Source: a virus. From it: a stretch of DNA of 64,000 bases. Location: IMG/VR virus record IMGVR_UViG_3300045988_182866. One strand, written 5' to 3'. The notes under the pieces were generated by a model that made no database searches, had not been told where the DNA came from, and saw nothing but the letters and a program-made list of their open reading frames with translations. The position numbers were made by a program, and so were the translations under genes. How positions within the stretch are numbered: position 1 is the first letter of the stretch; each line of letters starts with the position of its first letter. Shown piece by piece: positions 45,715 through 55,938 of this stretch.

Positions 45715-46857
45715 TTATTTTCTAATTGCTTTAAACTTCCCAAACCTAGGTACATTAAGATCAGGAGTTAAATCCTGATAAATGATAGTTGCCATCTTGC
45801 CTTCATAAAGTGCTCGATTTTTGAAAAATTCACGTTTAGCAGGTTCATCCCAGCCTTTACCCATACCTACTGAAAATTGAACTCCATTTTCATCTTCACA
45901 AATTATTTGTGCTGCTTGTCCGGCATGATTACCCCGTCCATCAAGAATTTGAACAATCTTATATTCGCTATCTTGAAATCGCTTATACTTTACAAGATTA
46001 GAAGAACGTCCTTCATCATAAGTCATCTCGGGATTACGAAGCATAATTCCTTCAAATCCATTTTCGATTGCATCATCTAAATAAGCTTCTACCTCTTCAA
46101 AAGAATTAACTTCAAATTGAGTAACACCCAAACTATACTTTAATGTAATATTATTAATCTGAAGGGGATAAAGATGATGACAACATTGATTAAGCTTGGT
46201 ATGCTTATTACGGTCCTTATAAGGAATCTTTGTATTTCGTTCCGCAAAATCAAAAGCATGAAATTTAATAATGCTTTTTGTTTTTGCCAGGAATTCTTCA
46301 GTAATATTCTTAGTTCTAGAAATCAAAGATGCAACTTGATTAAAATCATCTCTAAGTTCATGAGAATATAATTCTCCATCAATAATTGCATTAGGATTAG
46401 CAATGAAATAAGGTTTCAACTCCTCAAATACATGAGGGCATGAAAGAATCTCATGATGAGTCCTTGAAAACATTCCTTTAGCACAAATATAACATCTAAA
46501 GCCATCTAATTTGGCAGAAGCAAATTGAGGAAATTTAATAAATTTCTTTCTTGCTTTAAATTCTTTGGCAAGAGTTACTTCAAATTGTTTTTCAGTTGGA
46601 ATAGTATCTTGAAACCCCCTTTTCCTTTGCTTTTCAATTCGAGATTGTACTTCTAAAGCACATTGCTGTTCAGGAGTAGTAGCATTAGAACGACCTTCAT
46701 TCTTACCTTCACAATAAGTCGGTTCAGTCGTAGTAATAGCTCCCCCTACTCGACCAGAAGACATAGTATACCAATTACTGGAATCGTCATAAGATATACT
46801 CCATGTAATAGGATTGCCTTTCTTATCGAGATTAAACAATTCGAAAGATTTAATCAT
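45715..46857 (-). CDS. ATP-dependent DNA ligase
   Basis: KLDGFR (KxDG), EGIMLRNP, LVKYK motifs; 380 aa like T7-type ligases. Confidence 0.8.
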   Translation of the reverse strand: MIKSFELFNLDKKGNPITWSISYDDSSNWYTMSSGRVGGAITTTEPTYCEGKNEGRSNATTPEQQCALEVQSRIEKQRKRGFQDTIPTEKQFEVTLAKEFKARKKFIKFPQFASAKLDGFRCYICAKGMFSRTHHEILSCPHVFEELKPYFIANPNAIIDGELYSHELRDDFNQVASLISRTKNITEEFLAKTKSIIKFHAFDFAERNTKIPYKDRNKHTKLNQCCHHLYPLQINNITLKYSLGVTQFEVNSFEEVEAYLDDAIENGFEGIMLRNPEMTYDEGRSSNLVKYKRFQDSEYKIVQILDGRGNHAGQAAQIICEDENGVQFSVGMGKGWDEPAKREFFKNRALYEGKMATIIYQDLTPDLNVPRFGKFKAIRK

Positions 46858-46895
46858 TATTTTTTAATAAATTATTTCTTAAAAATCGATGGTGT

Positions 46896-47219
46896 TTAAA
46901 CTATCTCCTTAAAGTCAAAAGTCTCATCATCCTCATTGATAAATGAAACAAGATGGTAAGTTTCATCAGAAAATCCGTCTGAAACTTTTACTTTAATTTC
47001 CCACCCTTCCCCGAACAATCCTCCATAAGTACCCCAGAAAATTTGAGAAGCACAAAATTTAGCAGCATCCGCCATATTTTGGATATTGTTAGCTTTAATA
47101 TCATATTTGTTAACAATCAAATAACCTTGTTTCTTAACTTTTCCGTCATCCCAAAGTTCTTTAGCAATGCAAACATAATTTGCATCCTTAAGAAGTGACA
47201 TATTAATCTTTTTACTCAT
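46896..47219 (-). CDS. hypothetical protein
   Basis: 107-aa ORF. Confidence 0.4.
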   Translation of the reverse strand: MSKKINMSLLKDANYVCIAKELWDDGKVKKQGYLIVNKYDIKANNIQNMADAAKFCASQIFWGTYGGLFGEGWEIKVKVSDGFSDETYHLVSFINEDDETFDFKEIV

Positions 47220-48258
47220 AAAAATTTAAAATATAATTCTTAAAAAATTCCTTATCAGGTTTTTCAGGTAATTTTGACTTATTAAACAATTCTTTTAATT
47301 CTAAAGATTTTTCATTTGCCAACTTCATTAGATAATCATATTCAAAATCGCCATTTCTAATCTTTAAAAGAAATTGTCTTAAAATAGGATTACATTTAAC
47401 CGTTAATGTTCCATCTTTTAAAATCTCTCTGCAAAGACTCATAAGACGGAAAAGATGCATCATATTCTTTGTATCATAAAAGGTTTTATCAGACGTCTTT
47501 TCTACATTTGTTGCATATCTTTTTTCATTCCTTTTAGCAACCCAATCCCAGTATTCTTTATATTCTTTACAATATTTCTGATAAGCCGGAATATTAATAA
47601 TCACATAGGCTGCGGTATTTGCATTTTTTGGAACCGATGTAATATTAATGTTCATGTCTAAAATAGGTCCGGCTTTACAAGGATGATTATAAAGTACATA
47701 AACATTTTCAGCATGATTCATTTTACAAAGAGATAAATTAGTCTCTTTAATACCACAGCATTCCAACCAGTCTCGATAAGGAATAGAATGTTGATAGCAC
47801 AACACCCAGCTAAAATCTTTTAACGTTTTTCTTTCTTTAGGAAAAGGATTAGCTGACTTTTTATTAACGTTTTTGGCCTTTAAAATTTGAGATTCAGCAT
47901 AAGCTCCAAAAGTATAAAAACATTTCTTGGAAAGAACTTTTTCAATTAGTGGATCAAATCGTTTATCCCTAATTTTAACATGTTCAGGATCAGTAGTAAA
48001 CAAAACTTCAAGAGCCGAAGGAGTATTCTTTCTTAGTTGTTCAAGGAAGAATCCAATCTCGGTATAGATAGTATCATTATTATTCTCCTGGATTACCTTT
48101 TCATATTCACCAACTAATATATCTTTAACAGGATGAGCAAAAACACCTCTAATATCAACATCCGAATCTTTAGTATTCAACCCATAAGAAATACTTCCCG
48201 CAATAACGCTCAATAATACTTCTTTACCCTTCAGAGGTCCTTCTCCACTTAAACACAT
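47212..48258 (-). CDS. Pol-beta superfamily nucleotidyltransferase domain protein
   Basis: GSISYGLNTKDSDVDIRGV (GS..G..SDxD) NTase motif at N-terminus of 348-aa protein. Confidence 0.6.
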   Translation of the reverse strand: MCLSGEGPLKGKEVLLSVIAGSISYGLNTKDSDVDIRGVFAHPVKDILVGEYEKVIQENNNDTIYTEIGFFLEQLRKNTPSALEVLFTTDPEHVKIRDKRFDPLIEKVLSKKCFYTFGAYAESQILKAKNVNKKSANPFPKERKTLKDFSWVLCYQHSIPYRDWLECCGIKETNLSLCKMNHAENVYVLYNHPCKAGPILDMNINITSVPKNANTAAYVIINIPAYQKYCKEYKEYWDWVAKRNEKRYATNVEKTSDKTFYDTKNMMHLFRLMSLCREILKDGTLTVKCNPILRQFLLKIRNGDFEYDYLMKLANEKSLELKELFNKSKLPEKPDKEFFKNYILNFYE

Positions 48259-48376
48259 GAATTCATTTTATAAATTTCCTTAAAACTTGAAGGTGTTTAA
48301 TGGTAAAAATAAAAGAGAGAAATGCTTGAAAAATAAAGCATTTCTCTCAAGTTATATAGCTTTTTCTAAGCTTCTT

Positions 48377-48817
48377 TTACGCTTTAGGGACGACTTTTAC
48401 CGGACGTCCGGTCTTAATCGCCAATTGAATGCCAGAGTCAATAGCAGACTTGATAGATTCTAAAGCCATCATCAATTTTTCATTATCATGAATCTTTGCC
48501 ATATTTTCGTCATATACATTCATGATTTCAGAAACAACCTTATCTACAATTTGCTTCGAGAACAATTTAGACAAAGCTTCTGTCAGCTTGGCCTGAAGTT
48601 CATCCCGGGTAACTTGATCGTTCTTAATAATAGTTCCAATAATGTCAGAAGCCTTTTGGAAAGCCGCCAATGTTTCAGCATCCTTTCGAATAGACGAGGA
48701 CACAACACATGCTCCGGAACAAACCATCAAATCTTCTTTTCCTTGCTTATCTAAAAGCATATTTTGAGAACAGGAACACATAATTCCCCCTACCAGCAAT
48801 GATAAAATAATTTTCAT
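48377..48817 (-). CDS. lipoprotein
   Basis: MKIILSLLVGGIMCSCS signal/lipobox. Confidence 0.45.
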   Translation of the reverse strand: MKIILSLLVGGIMCSCSQNMLLDKQGKEDLMVCSGACVVSSSIRKDAETLAAFQKASDIIGTIIKNDQVTRDELQAKLTEALSKLFSKQIVDKVVSEIMNVYDENMAKIHDNEKLMMALESIKSAIDSGIQLAIKTGRPVKVVPKA

Positions 48818-48827
48818 ATAATTTTAA

Positions 48828-49664
48828 TTAATTTACTTCTTCAAGAACTTCAAATCTATTTGTGCGAATCTTTCCATCCTTGAAAGAGATATAATGAAGA
48901 TCTTTAAAAAATATTCTTACTTTGATAATTTTTTCAGAACAATATACTTTGGCATTTATATAATCCCAAACACTTAATCCAAAAGAATTATCTACATCAT
49001 CCTTGTCGCATATATCCGTATATGTGTTGCCTACTTCATATGTTATACGTGATGTCATAGTAGAAGTATTATCTTTCTTAATTCCCTTATAAGCTATAAA
49101 AGAATGTTCATCGTAATCTTCATACTTAATACCTGATGTTTTTTCCGCAAATCTTAGTGTTTCCTTCTTATTTTCTTCAGGCTCATGAGCTTTATTATAT
49201 TCTCTCCAGAGCGTTTCTGCCAAAAACTCGGGCTTGTTGTCATAAGCTTGAAGCAATTCTAAAATAGTCAACAAAGTTTCTTTATCTAAAGTTTCATCTT
49301 GAACAATAATAGCTTTGGCAATTTTTAAAGCAATGTTAAATTGTGCAATAGCCGTTAAACCACTGTTGTTAATCTTTGCAAAAAACTTATAAAGAAAAGG
49401 AACACAAAATAATTGATAGTTTACATCAGATTTATAATAAGATTTATAAAACTTTTCTATAAACTTTGTTCTAAATGCTTCATTTTCAAATCTTGGATTT
49501 ATATGATAAAGAATAATACTTTCAAATAATCCATATTTGTCAAGCAAAGAAAAAATCTGATTGTCATTTAAACAATCAGATTTTTTAGAAGCACAAAATA
49601 ATCTTGCAAAATATTCGTTAGATGTACAATCTTGAAATGTTTTATTTTCAAAAAGGAAATCCAT
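48828..49664 (-). CDS. hypothetical protein
   Basis: 278-aa ORF. Confidence 0.45.
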   Translation of the reverse strand: MDFLFENKTFQDCTSNEYFARLFCASKKSDCLNDNQIFSLLDKYGLFESIILYHINPRFENEAFRTKFIEKFYKSYYKSDVNYQLFCVPFLYKFFAKINNSGLTAIAQFNIALKIAKAIIVQDETLDKETLLTILELLQAYDNKPEFLAETLWREYNKAHEPEENKKETLRFAEKTSGIKYEDYDEHSFIAYKGIKKDNTSTMTSRITYEVGNTYTDICDKDDVDNSFGLSVWDYINAKVYCSEKIIKVRIFFKDLHYISFKDGKIRTNRFEVLEEVN

Positions 49665-49670
49665 ATATTA

Positions 49671-50357
49671 TTAACGAAGAGTAGAATCGATAATATCTTT
49701 TGTTCTTGGAGGAAGCCATCCTTCTGGCTTAATTACATCAAAAGTACTTCCGCGCTTTCCGACATTATCTTTAGTTGCACGAATCTTTTGCATGTTCCTG
49801 GCCTGAACATCATTCCACAAAGCCTGGGCAGGCATGTTCATGAGATTTAACAAGCCCGACGCAACATAAATCAGATCGGTTAAACCATCTGAAATTTCAT
49901 AAATATTACCTTCCTTGTGCGCTTTATCAATTTCTGCAAGTTCTTCATAAAGATGGCCGATCTTTACTTTCATTTCCTCTTCAGGGAGAATACCAAATTG
50001 ATCCTTTCTCCAAAGACCATATTTTTGCTGAAAAGCCATTGTATCATCAAAAATATTAGTACTCCAAGTATTCATCAAAGAATGATATTCTTGTGCGTCA
50101 AGATCTTCATCATTAATATATTCAAAATAACCAGTTAACATTACTTCCACTAAAGTAGATGGAATCCATGTACGAATAGTCATTTGCTTATTTTCTTCAA
50201 TATTTTTAATGGGATCTCCTTCCAGCATAGGAGTCTTTGCTCCATTGCCCCATAGATAAAATTGAAGGTCGCCATCTTCAGTAACAAAATTACTGCTCTT
50301 CCTGTTTACCACATATCGATTGTGGTCCTGCTCGCAATGAAAAATTAGATATTTCAT
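49671..50357 (-). CDS. MazG-like nucleotide pyrophosphohydrolase with N-terminal extension
   Basis: EELAEIDKA..EISDGLTDLIYVASGL MazG-type helices. Confidence 0.6.
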   Translation of the reverse strand: MKYLIFHCEQDHNRYVVNRKSSNFVTEDGDLQFYLWGNGAKTPMLEGDPIKNIEENKQMTIRTWIPSTLVEVMLTGYFEYINDEDLDAQEYHSLMNTWSTNIFDDTMAFQQKYGLWRKDQFGILPEEEMKVKIGHLYEELAEIDKAHKEGNIYEISDGLTDLIYVASGLLNLMNMPAQALWNDVQARNMQKIRATKDNVGKRGSTFDVIKPEGWLPPRTKDIIDSTLR

Positions 50358-50363
50358 ATAAAA

Positions 50364-50870
50364 TTAAAGTGTTTTAAGATAATCATATCGAACTACCTTA
50401 TGTTGAAGGTCAGGGTGACATGACTTAAAAGTTAGATAAATGTCCTGATACTTGTCATAAATTTTTGACATAACATCAACATTAGAAATATATTCTTCTT
50501 TAACCTTCATGCAATCGACATAGTTTTTAAGGTAAATCCCCTTATCCATAGGAAGACAAAAAATAATAAGGTCAAAAGCATTTAATAGGTCATTAATAAA
50601 ATCTTTACCTCCATCCATGTCCGGACAAAAATGAATACGCGGTTCATTTCGAACTACTGATCCATAAACATATTCTGAAATAAGATGACGATCAATAATT
50701 ACATTATCATGTTCTTTTAAGAACTCAAAAGACTGCTTAATTTGATCTGCATATTCAAAGTCATCCTCATTGTAAGAATAGTGAATATATTCGCATTTTA
50801 AAGCTTCTTGCAAAACTTTTGCCAAATGTGTTTTCCCGCCTGAATCGGGACCATCCAAATAAATTTTCAT
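50364..50870 (-). CDS. P-loop (d)NMP kinase (thymidylate kinase-like)
   Basis: LDGPDSGGKTHLAK P-loop; sits in nucleotide metabolism cluster. Confidence 0.55.
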   Translation of the reverse strand: MKIYLDGPDSGGKTHLAKVLQEALKCEYIHYSYNEDDFEYADQIKQSFEFLKEHDNVIIDRHLISEYVYGSVVRNEPRIHFCPDMDGGKDFINDLLNAFDLIIFCLPMDKGIYLKNYVDCMKVKEEYISNVDVMSKIYDKYQDIYLTFKSCHPDLQHKVVRYDYLKTL

Positions 50871-50871
50871 A

Positions 50872-51138
50872 TTAATCTTGAGAGGTAAAATTATAACTTA
50901 TATTATTTTCTAATAGAATCTTAACAAATATTTTTATAATTCCATCAACTTCTTTTCGTTCTCTTGAAGAGAAAATAATAGAATTTTTAAAAATAACAAG
51001 ATGGTCTGTTTCATTATCATCTTTCTTAAAGATAATAGAATTATCATCTTCATGTTCAAGATAATATAAATTTTGATCTTCTGTTAAAAGAAAAATCTCT
51101 TTTTCATCTTGTTCAAAATTAAAGATTTGATATTTCAT
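50872..51138 (-). CDS. hypothetical protein
   Basis: 88-aa ORF. Confidence 0.35.
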   Translation of the reverse strand: MKYQIFNFEQDEKEIFLLTEDQNLYYLEHEDDNSIIFKKDDNETDHLVIFKNSIIFSSRERKEVDGIIKIFVKILLENNISYNFTSQD

Positions 51139-52064
51139 ACAGCTACAGGCATATTAATAATTTTAGCTGGCTTATAATTTTCAATAGAAAACCAATCTAA
51201 TTGAAAATCTTCTAATTTTTCTACATAATCAGGGCCGGAATAAATTAAATTTGGAGGTACATTAATTGTTGAAGAAATCATTTCTCTTACTCCCTCCATT
51301 TGATTTACATAAATGTGACTATCTCCAAATAACCCATAAACAGTTCCCACTTCATGATTTGTCATTTTAGACATCATAAAAAGAAGCAAAGAATAAAGGC
51401 AAATATCAAAAGGAACTCCAACAGGCATATCACAAGATCTTTGAATCCATCGAAGATGCAAGCGCCGTTTACCATTTTCCAAAGATTCAGAATAAAACTC
51501 TCCGCCCCAATGGCAAGGGGGAAGTGCCATATCATTTAGTTCTCCCGGATTCCACATTGAAAATACTAATCGTCTATCATCAGGATTAGTTCTGAGAGTA
51601 TTAATGATATTTTGAATTTGATTAATAGTCGCCCGTTCTAAAATATCATTTTTAGAAACATTAAAATAACCGCAATCCCATTCCATTAATTGCTTGCCAT
51701 ATACAGGACCCAAATCACCTTTTTCATCAGCCCATTTATCCCAGTAATGTACATTTTCATTTTTAAGATACATTACATTATTCCTATCAGTATTAGGAAT
51801 AGGATTTTGAGCTTGAAGAATGCCAAGAATCCAGAATAATTCTACTAATGCCCCTTTAAAAAAGATTTTTCGCATTGTAATTAATGGAAAATAACCTTTG
51901 GTCAGTAATTTTCCAGAATTCCAGCTAGTATTAAAAATACTTTTAGTATCAATACCCGTTCTATTAGATTTAAGAACCCCCTTCTCAAGGATCTCCAGCA
52001 AAATCCTGCGATAACAACTCTCAGGCTTGTGTAAGAAGCCTATTTCCTTTATATCTCCACTCAT
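51135..52064 (-). CDS. thyA: thymidylate synthase (ThyA family)
   Basis: NRTGIDT, ELFWILG, GDLGPVYG, ALPPCH, QRSCD..G.PF.I..Y blocks. Confidence 0.85.
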   Translation of the reverse strand: MSGDIKEIGFLHKPESCYRRILLEILEKGVLKSNRTGIDTKSIFNTSWNSGKLLTKGYFPLITMRKIFFKGALVELFWILGILQAQNPIPNTDRNNVMYLKNENVHYWDKWADEKGDLGPVYGKQLMEWDCGYFNVSKNDILERATINQIQNIINTLRTNPDDRRLVFSMWNPGELNDMALPPCHWGGEFYSESLENGKRRLHLRWIQRSCDMPVGVPFDICLYSLLLFMMSKMTNHEVGTVYGLFGDSHIYVNQMEGVREMISSTINVPPNLIYSGPDYVEKLEDFQLDWFSIENYKPAKIINMPVAV

Positions 52065-52087
52065 TTCTTTTTATCTTATCAGTATTC

Positions 52088-52636
52088 TCAATTATCCATG
52101 GTGTTTTGCCATCTTATAAATTTCTCAATAGCGAGCCTGTAATCACCTACTGTATGAATTTCTAATTGAGCTGGAATAAATTTCCAAAGCAGATAAAGAC
52201 TGCTAATATCTGAAAAATAGGTATCATGATAAATGTCCATCAATTCTTCAATATAAAAAATAGAACGGTAGACAACTTTGGAATATTTTAAAAGCGTATC
52301 ATAAAGCATACTTCCGCCAATGCAAACCACCTCTTCTTCGGAATCTTTAAATTTATCTATAAAATCGCATATATTAATTTTAATAACATTATCAGGCAGA
52401 TTAAGAGGCAAATCCCGGGAAGTAATAATAAAATGATTTAAGCGATTTTTTAAAGGTTTAAAATTCAAACTTTCAAAAGTGTTATAACCCATCACAACAC
52501 TTTTTCCTTCGGTAACATTTTTAAAATGTTCCATATCTCTTCTAGCTATTTCTTTATATTTTTGACCTTTCCAGGGAAGAGAATTTTTATGTCCAATAGA
52601 ACCATTGGGAAGCATTGCAAAAATTGAAGAAATCAT
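52088..52636 (-). CDS. folA: dihydrofolate reductase
   Basis: MISSIFAMLPNGSIGHKNSLPW ... VVMGYNTFESL. Confidence 0.85.
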   Translation of the reverse strand: MISSIFAMLPNGSIGHKNSLPWKGQKYKEIARRDMEHFKNVTEGKSVVMGYNTFESLNFKPLKNRLNHFIITSRDLPLNLPDNVIKINICDFIDKFKDSEEEVVCIGGSMLYDTLLKYSKVVYRSIFYIEELMDIYHDTYFSDISSLYLLWKFIPAQLEIHTVGDYRLAIEKFIRWQNTMDN

Positions 52637-52704
52637 TGTTTTTTAATATTTTATTACTTTTTTAGGCTCAGCTATAATCTTAAATAAACTTATATTTTAA
52701 AAAG

Positions 52705-53346
52705 ATGAATAGCTATAGTTACGATGAGGAGAAAGATAAATGGGAGGCAGAATTAGTTGCAACTAAGGACCGTATAGCTAGACGAATTTATTCAACAAAA
52801 GATTATTACTATTGTTGCTGGAAAATGGCAAGGCATGGATTATTAATTCTTGATTACCGGGGGTTAATTATAGATGTTAACCCGTATTTTTGTGAAAAAA
52901 TTGGATATTCTCGAGAAGAATTATTGGGAAAAAATATTAATGATTTTTGTGTTAAAGCTGAAGATCTTCATGCTTCTGATTCTATTAATATTTTAACTTT
53001 ACTTCAATCGATTAATCAACAAAGTACAAATCAATGCGAATTAAAAACTAAAGAAACTAAATTATTTCGTGTAAGATGGGTCGCAACCAGAATTCCAGCA
53101 TCATTATCTAGTCCATTCTCACATAGTTTAGTATGTGTATACTTTTTAAGTGAAACTAATTATTCTAAAATTATTGATGAGATTAATAAAATTAAAAAGA
53201 AAGAATCGAATATCCTTTGGAAGATACTCGATTCTCTTTGGGCAAAATGCTTAATTTTTTTAATTATTATTCTTACAGCTATTGGTGGAAGTTTACCAGA
53301 TATTGTCTCAAAGATAATATCTTTATTTGCAAATTCTCCACTTTAA
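52705..53346 (+). CDS. PAS-domain protein with C-terminal TM helix
   Basis: CEKIGYSREELLGKNINDF PAS signature; hydrophobic C-terminus. Confidence 0.5.
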   Translation: MNSYSYDEEKDKWEAELVATKDRIARRIYSTKDYYYCCWKMARHGLLILDYRGLIIDVNPYFCEKIGYSREELLGKNINDFCVKAEDLHASDSINILTLLQSINQQSTNQCELKTKETKLFRVRWVATRIPASLSSPFSHSLVCVYFLSETNYSKIIDEINKIKKKESNILWKILDSLWAKCLIFLIIILTAIGGSLPDIVSKIISLFANSPL

Positions 53347-53520
53347 TAAAGTAAGCTCTTCATATAAAAATCAGAACATTCAATATCAAAATCTTTCTGA
53401 GTTTCAATATTTTCCGCTGGATAAAAAGTTGTTACAATTGTTAAACTATTCTTTTGATAAACGGAAATTGATCCGTTATCATTCAAAGAAAATTTAAATT
53501 TATCAATGGTACATTCCATA

Positions 53521-53787
53521 TTATTCGTCCTCGTTTTCTTCTTCGTCGTCTCGTTCTTCTAATTCTTCAAGCAGTTCATTAAGTCGAGATAATGAACACT
53601 CGGGAATATATTCTTCTTCATCAGGTTCCACAATAGCAGTTGTAATATTAGCTACAATACCTTGAACCATATCAGCTAAAGAATCATCTACATCTGTATC
53701 TTCAATATCGGCAATTAATTTATTACAAATTACTTCAACCTGAGTTTGATAATTTTTAAATCGTCGTTTAAATTGTTTAAGAGTCAT
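53521..53787 (-). CDS. highly acidic small protein
   Basis: C-terminal EELEERDDEEENEDE. Confidence 0.35.
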   Translation of the reverse strand: MTLKQFKRRFKNYQTQVEVICNKLIADIEDTDVDDSLADMVQGIVANITTAIVEPDEEEYIPECSLSRLNELLEELEERDDEEENEDE

Positions 53788-53873
53788 GTGTGTTACTTAT
53801 GGTTTCTAATTTTATTAGAAATTATTTTACTGAACAAAATTCAAAAATTTCTTTTTATTTTTTGAATGATAAT

Positions 53874-54593
53874 TCATTGAGAGGTATTTATATTTTTCTT
53901 ATAATGATTAAGCATCAGAATAATCTCATGCTTCATAAAATTTGTTGGAATAACTTCCCAATTTCCGGTATTCATATCTAACCAGAAAATGAGCAGTCCT
54001 TTGCATTTCTTCTTAGTCAGAATTTCATTCATAAATCCATAAATTCCTAACTGAAGAGCATATGTATTAAATTCACATTCAGATAAATGATTTAATGGAG
54101 CTTTCATCCATTTACCATAATCTGAACCAAATCTAAATTTTTTATTTGTTTTAAAATCGCCAATGATGAATGTACCATCTTCTAATTCAAATAGAAGGTC
54201 ACCAGTACCGGCAATTTTAAAATCATGATTATATAACAACTTTTCAGAATATATTTCTGAAATATTTGGAATATATTTTTCTACTTTTAATTGAAATTTT
54301 TCAATGATCTTCTTATACAAAGGATCAACTTCTCCATACTTTACATAATTTTCAAGAGCAGCATGAAAATCAGTACCTCTATCACATGCAAAATTTTTAT
54401 TATCTTCCCATTCTTTAAGAATTTCTTCTTGACTTACTCCTCTTTTCTTTGCAACCCATTTAGAAATATTTTCTGCATCAAACTTTTCCTTATATCGCCC
54501 TAATAATTTAGAAACTGAGCAATATTCTTCATTTGTTTCAATATTAATATATTGATGAGTATCTTCTAAAAATTTAATCGGGATATAGCTCAT
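53874..54593 (-). CDS. PD-(D/E)xK family nuclease
   Basis: GTGDLLFELEDGTFIIGDFKT D..E.K motif. Confidence 0.55.
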   Translation of the reverse strand: MSYIPIKFLEDTHQYINIETNEEYCSVSKLLGRYKEKFDAENISKWVAKKRGVSQEEILKEWEDNKNFACDRGTDFHAALENYVKYGEVDPLYKKIIEKFQLKVEKYIPNISEIYSEKLLYNHDFKIAGTGDLLFELEDGTFIIGDFKTNKKFRFGSDYGKWMKAPLNHLSECEFNTYALQLGIYGFMNEILTKKKCKGLLIFWLDMNTGNWEVIPTNFMKHEIILMLNHYKKNINTSQ

Positions 54594-55110
54594 TTAATTC
54601 TTTAATTTTCTTTTCAATCATGTAAATTAAATTTCTAATTAATCTTGAACTTTTCCAAGGAAGATTAGAATATTCAAATATATTTTTCTTTTTAATATTT
54701 TCTAAACTTATGAAGGTGTCACACATATAATCTGTCTCATCAGGAGAAAATAGATTAATAATTTCTCCTGAAAGGTAACCTATCGTTATAGTCGGATGAA
54801 AATCATCAAATGTATATTGAGATGATGTTATCAACTGTAATATTTCATTTACTGTGAGAGGATATTGAGTATTATCATCTTTTAACAAAAACATTAAAGA
54901 TAAAAATTGTATTTTACCTCTAATAAATTGTTTCCAAATTTCATATGGATTATCTGTATTAAAACATTTTTTAAGAATGGAAGTATTGATGAAAAATTTA
55001 TTATAAACATTCCATTTAGATCCACATTTTTTAGAAAAGATTTCGTTTTGAACATAGTAATCCAATATATCTTGGAACTTTTCTACTGTATTTTTAAATT
55101 TTTCGTCCAT
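54574..55110 (-). CDS. hypothetical protein
   Basis: 178-aa ORF. Confidence 0.4.
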   Translation of the reverse strand: MDEKFKNTVEKFQDILDYYVQNEIFSKKCGSKWNVYNKFFINTSILKKCFNTDNPYEIWKQFIRGKIQFLSLMFLLKDDNTQYPLTVNEILQLITSSQYTFDDFHPTITIGYLSGEIINLFSPDETDYMCDTFISLENIKKKNIFEYSNLPWKSSRLIRNLIYMIEKKIKELNELYPD

Positions 55111-55112
55111 TT

Positions 55113-55457
55113 TTAATTCAAATAAGATGGTTCTCCGCCAAATAATTGTTCTTTAATATCTTCATTTAAATCAAATACTTCAACCTCTAAACTATCATAA
55201 TCATCAAACCATCCTTTATAATAAACATTTGATTGTAGAAATATTTTATCATAAGGTATTTTATTAGATTTAATATTGCTTATATCATTTTGTGTGATAG
55301 GAACTGCAATAATAATCAAATTATCTTCAGATTTTAATCTACATTTAATGCAAATATATTCATCATGATGTCCAATATTATTTCGATTAAGATCTTCTGA
55401 TATGAATAAAAATGGACCATCATACCACATTAATATATCTATTATATTTAATATCAT
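55113..55457 (-). CDS. hypothetical protein
   Basis: 114-aa ORF. Confidence 0.4.
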   Translation of the reverse strand: MILNIIDILMWYDGPFLFISEDLNRNNIGHHDEYICIKCRLKSEDNLIIIAVPITQNDISNIKSNKIPYDKIFLQSNVYYKGWFDDYDSLEVEVFDLNEDIKEQLFGGEPSYLN

Positions 55458-55590
55458 ATATTAATATTAATTAATGACATAAAATTTAAAGGTGATTAAT
55501 TATTATATTAAATTAATTTAACATTCATAAGAATGATATTGATACCTATCTGAATTTTTAAAGGTGTTCCGATTATCTTTAAATATTAAT

Positions 55591-55851
55591 ATGGCTGAAG
55601 ATAATAAAATTGATCCTACCCTTTGGGTAAAACTTATTGCTTGGTTAAAGGCTCGTTTAAGTGAAAGTTCTACCTGGTCTGCTTTAGTAGTTTTAGGATC
55701 CTACCTAGGATATGTTTGGGATCCTGCGCTAATTGAACAAATTTGTTTAATTGGTGTAAGTTTACTGGCAGTTATCCAAATTATTCGTAAAGATCCTGTA
55801 ACAGCGGTTAAAGAATTAACTCCTGAAGAATCTAAAAAAGAAAAAGAATAA
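55591..55851 (+). CDS. holin-like membrane protein
   Basis: ATG at 55591 (MAEDNK..); two hydrophobic helices; immediately upstream of amidase. Confidence 0.45.
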   Translation: MAEDNKIDPTLWVKLIAWLKARLSESSTWSALVVLGSYLGYVWDPALIEQICLIGVSLLAVIQIIRKDPVTAVKELTPEESKKEKE

Positions 55852-55938
55852 AGAATTTTTTATTTGTATGGATAAAAAAGAAGTCTTGAGAATAAAATCT
55901 TGAGACTTCTTTTTTGTATGAATGTAACTATTATTAGT

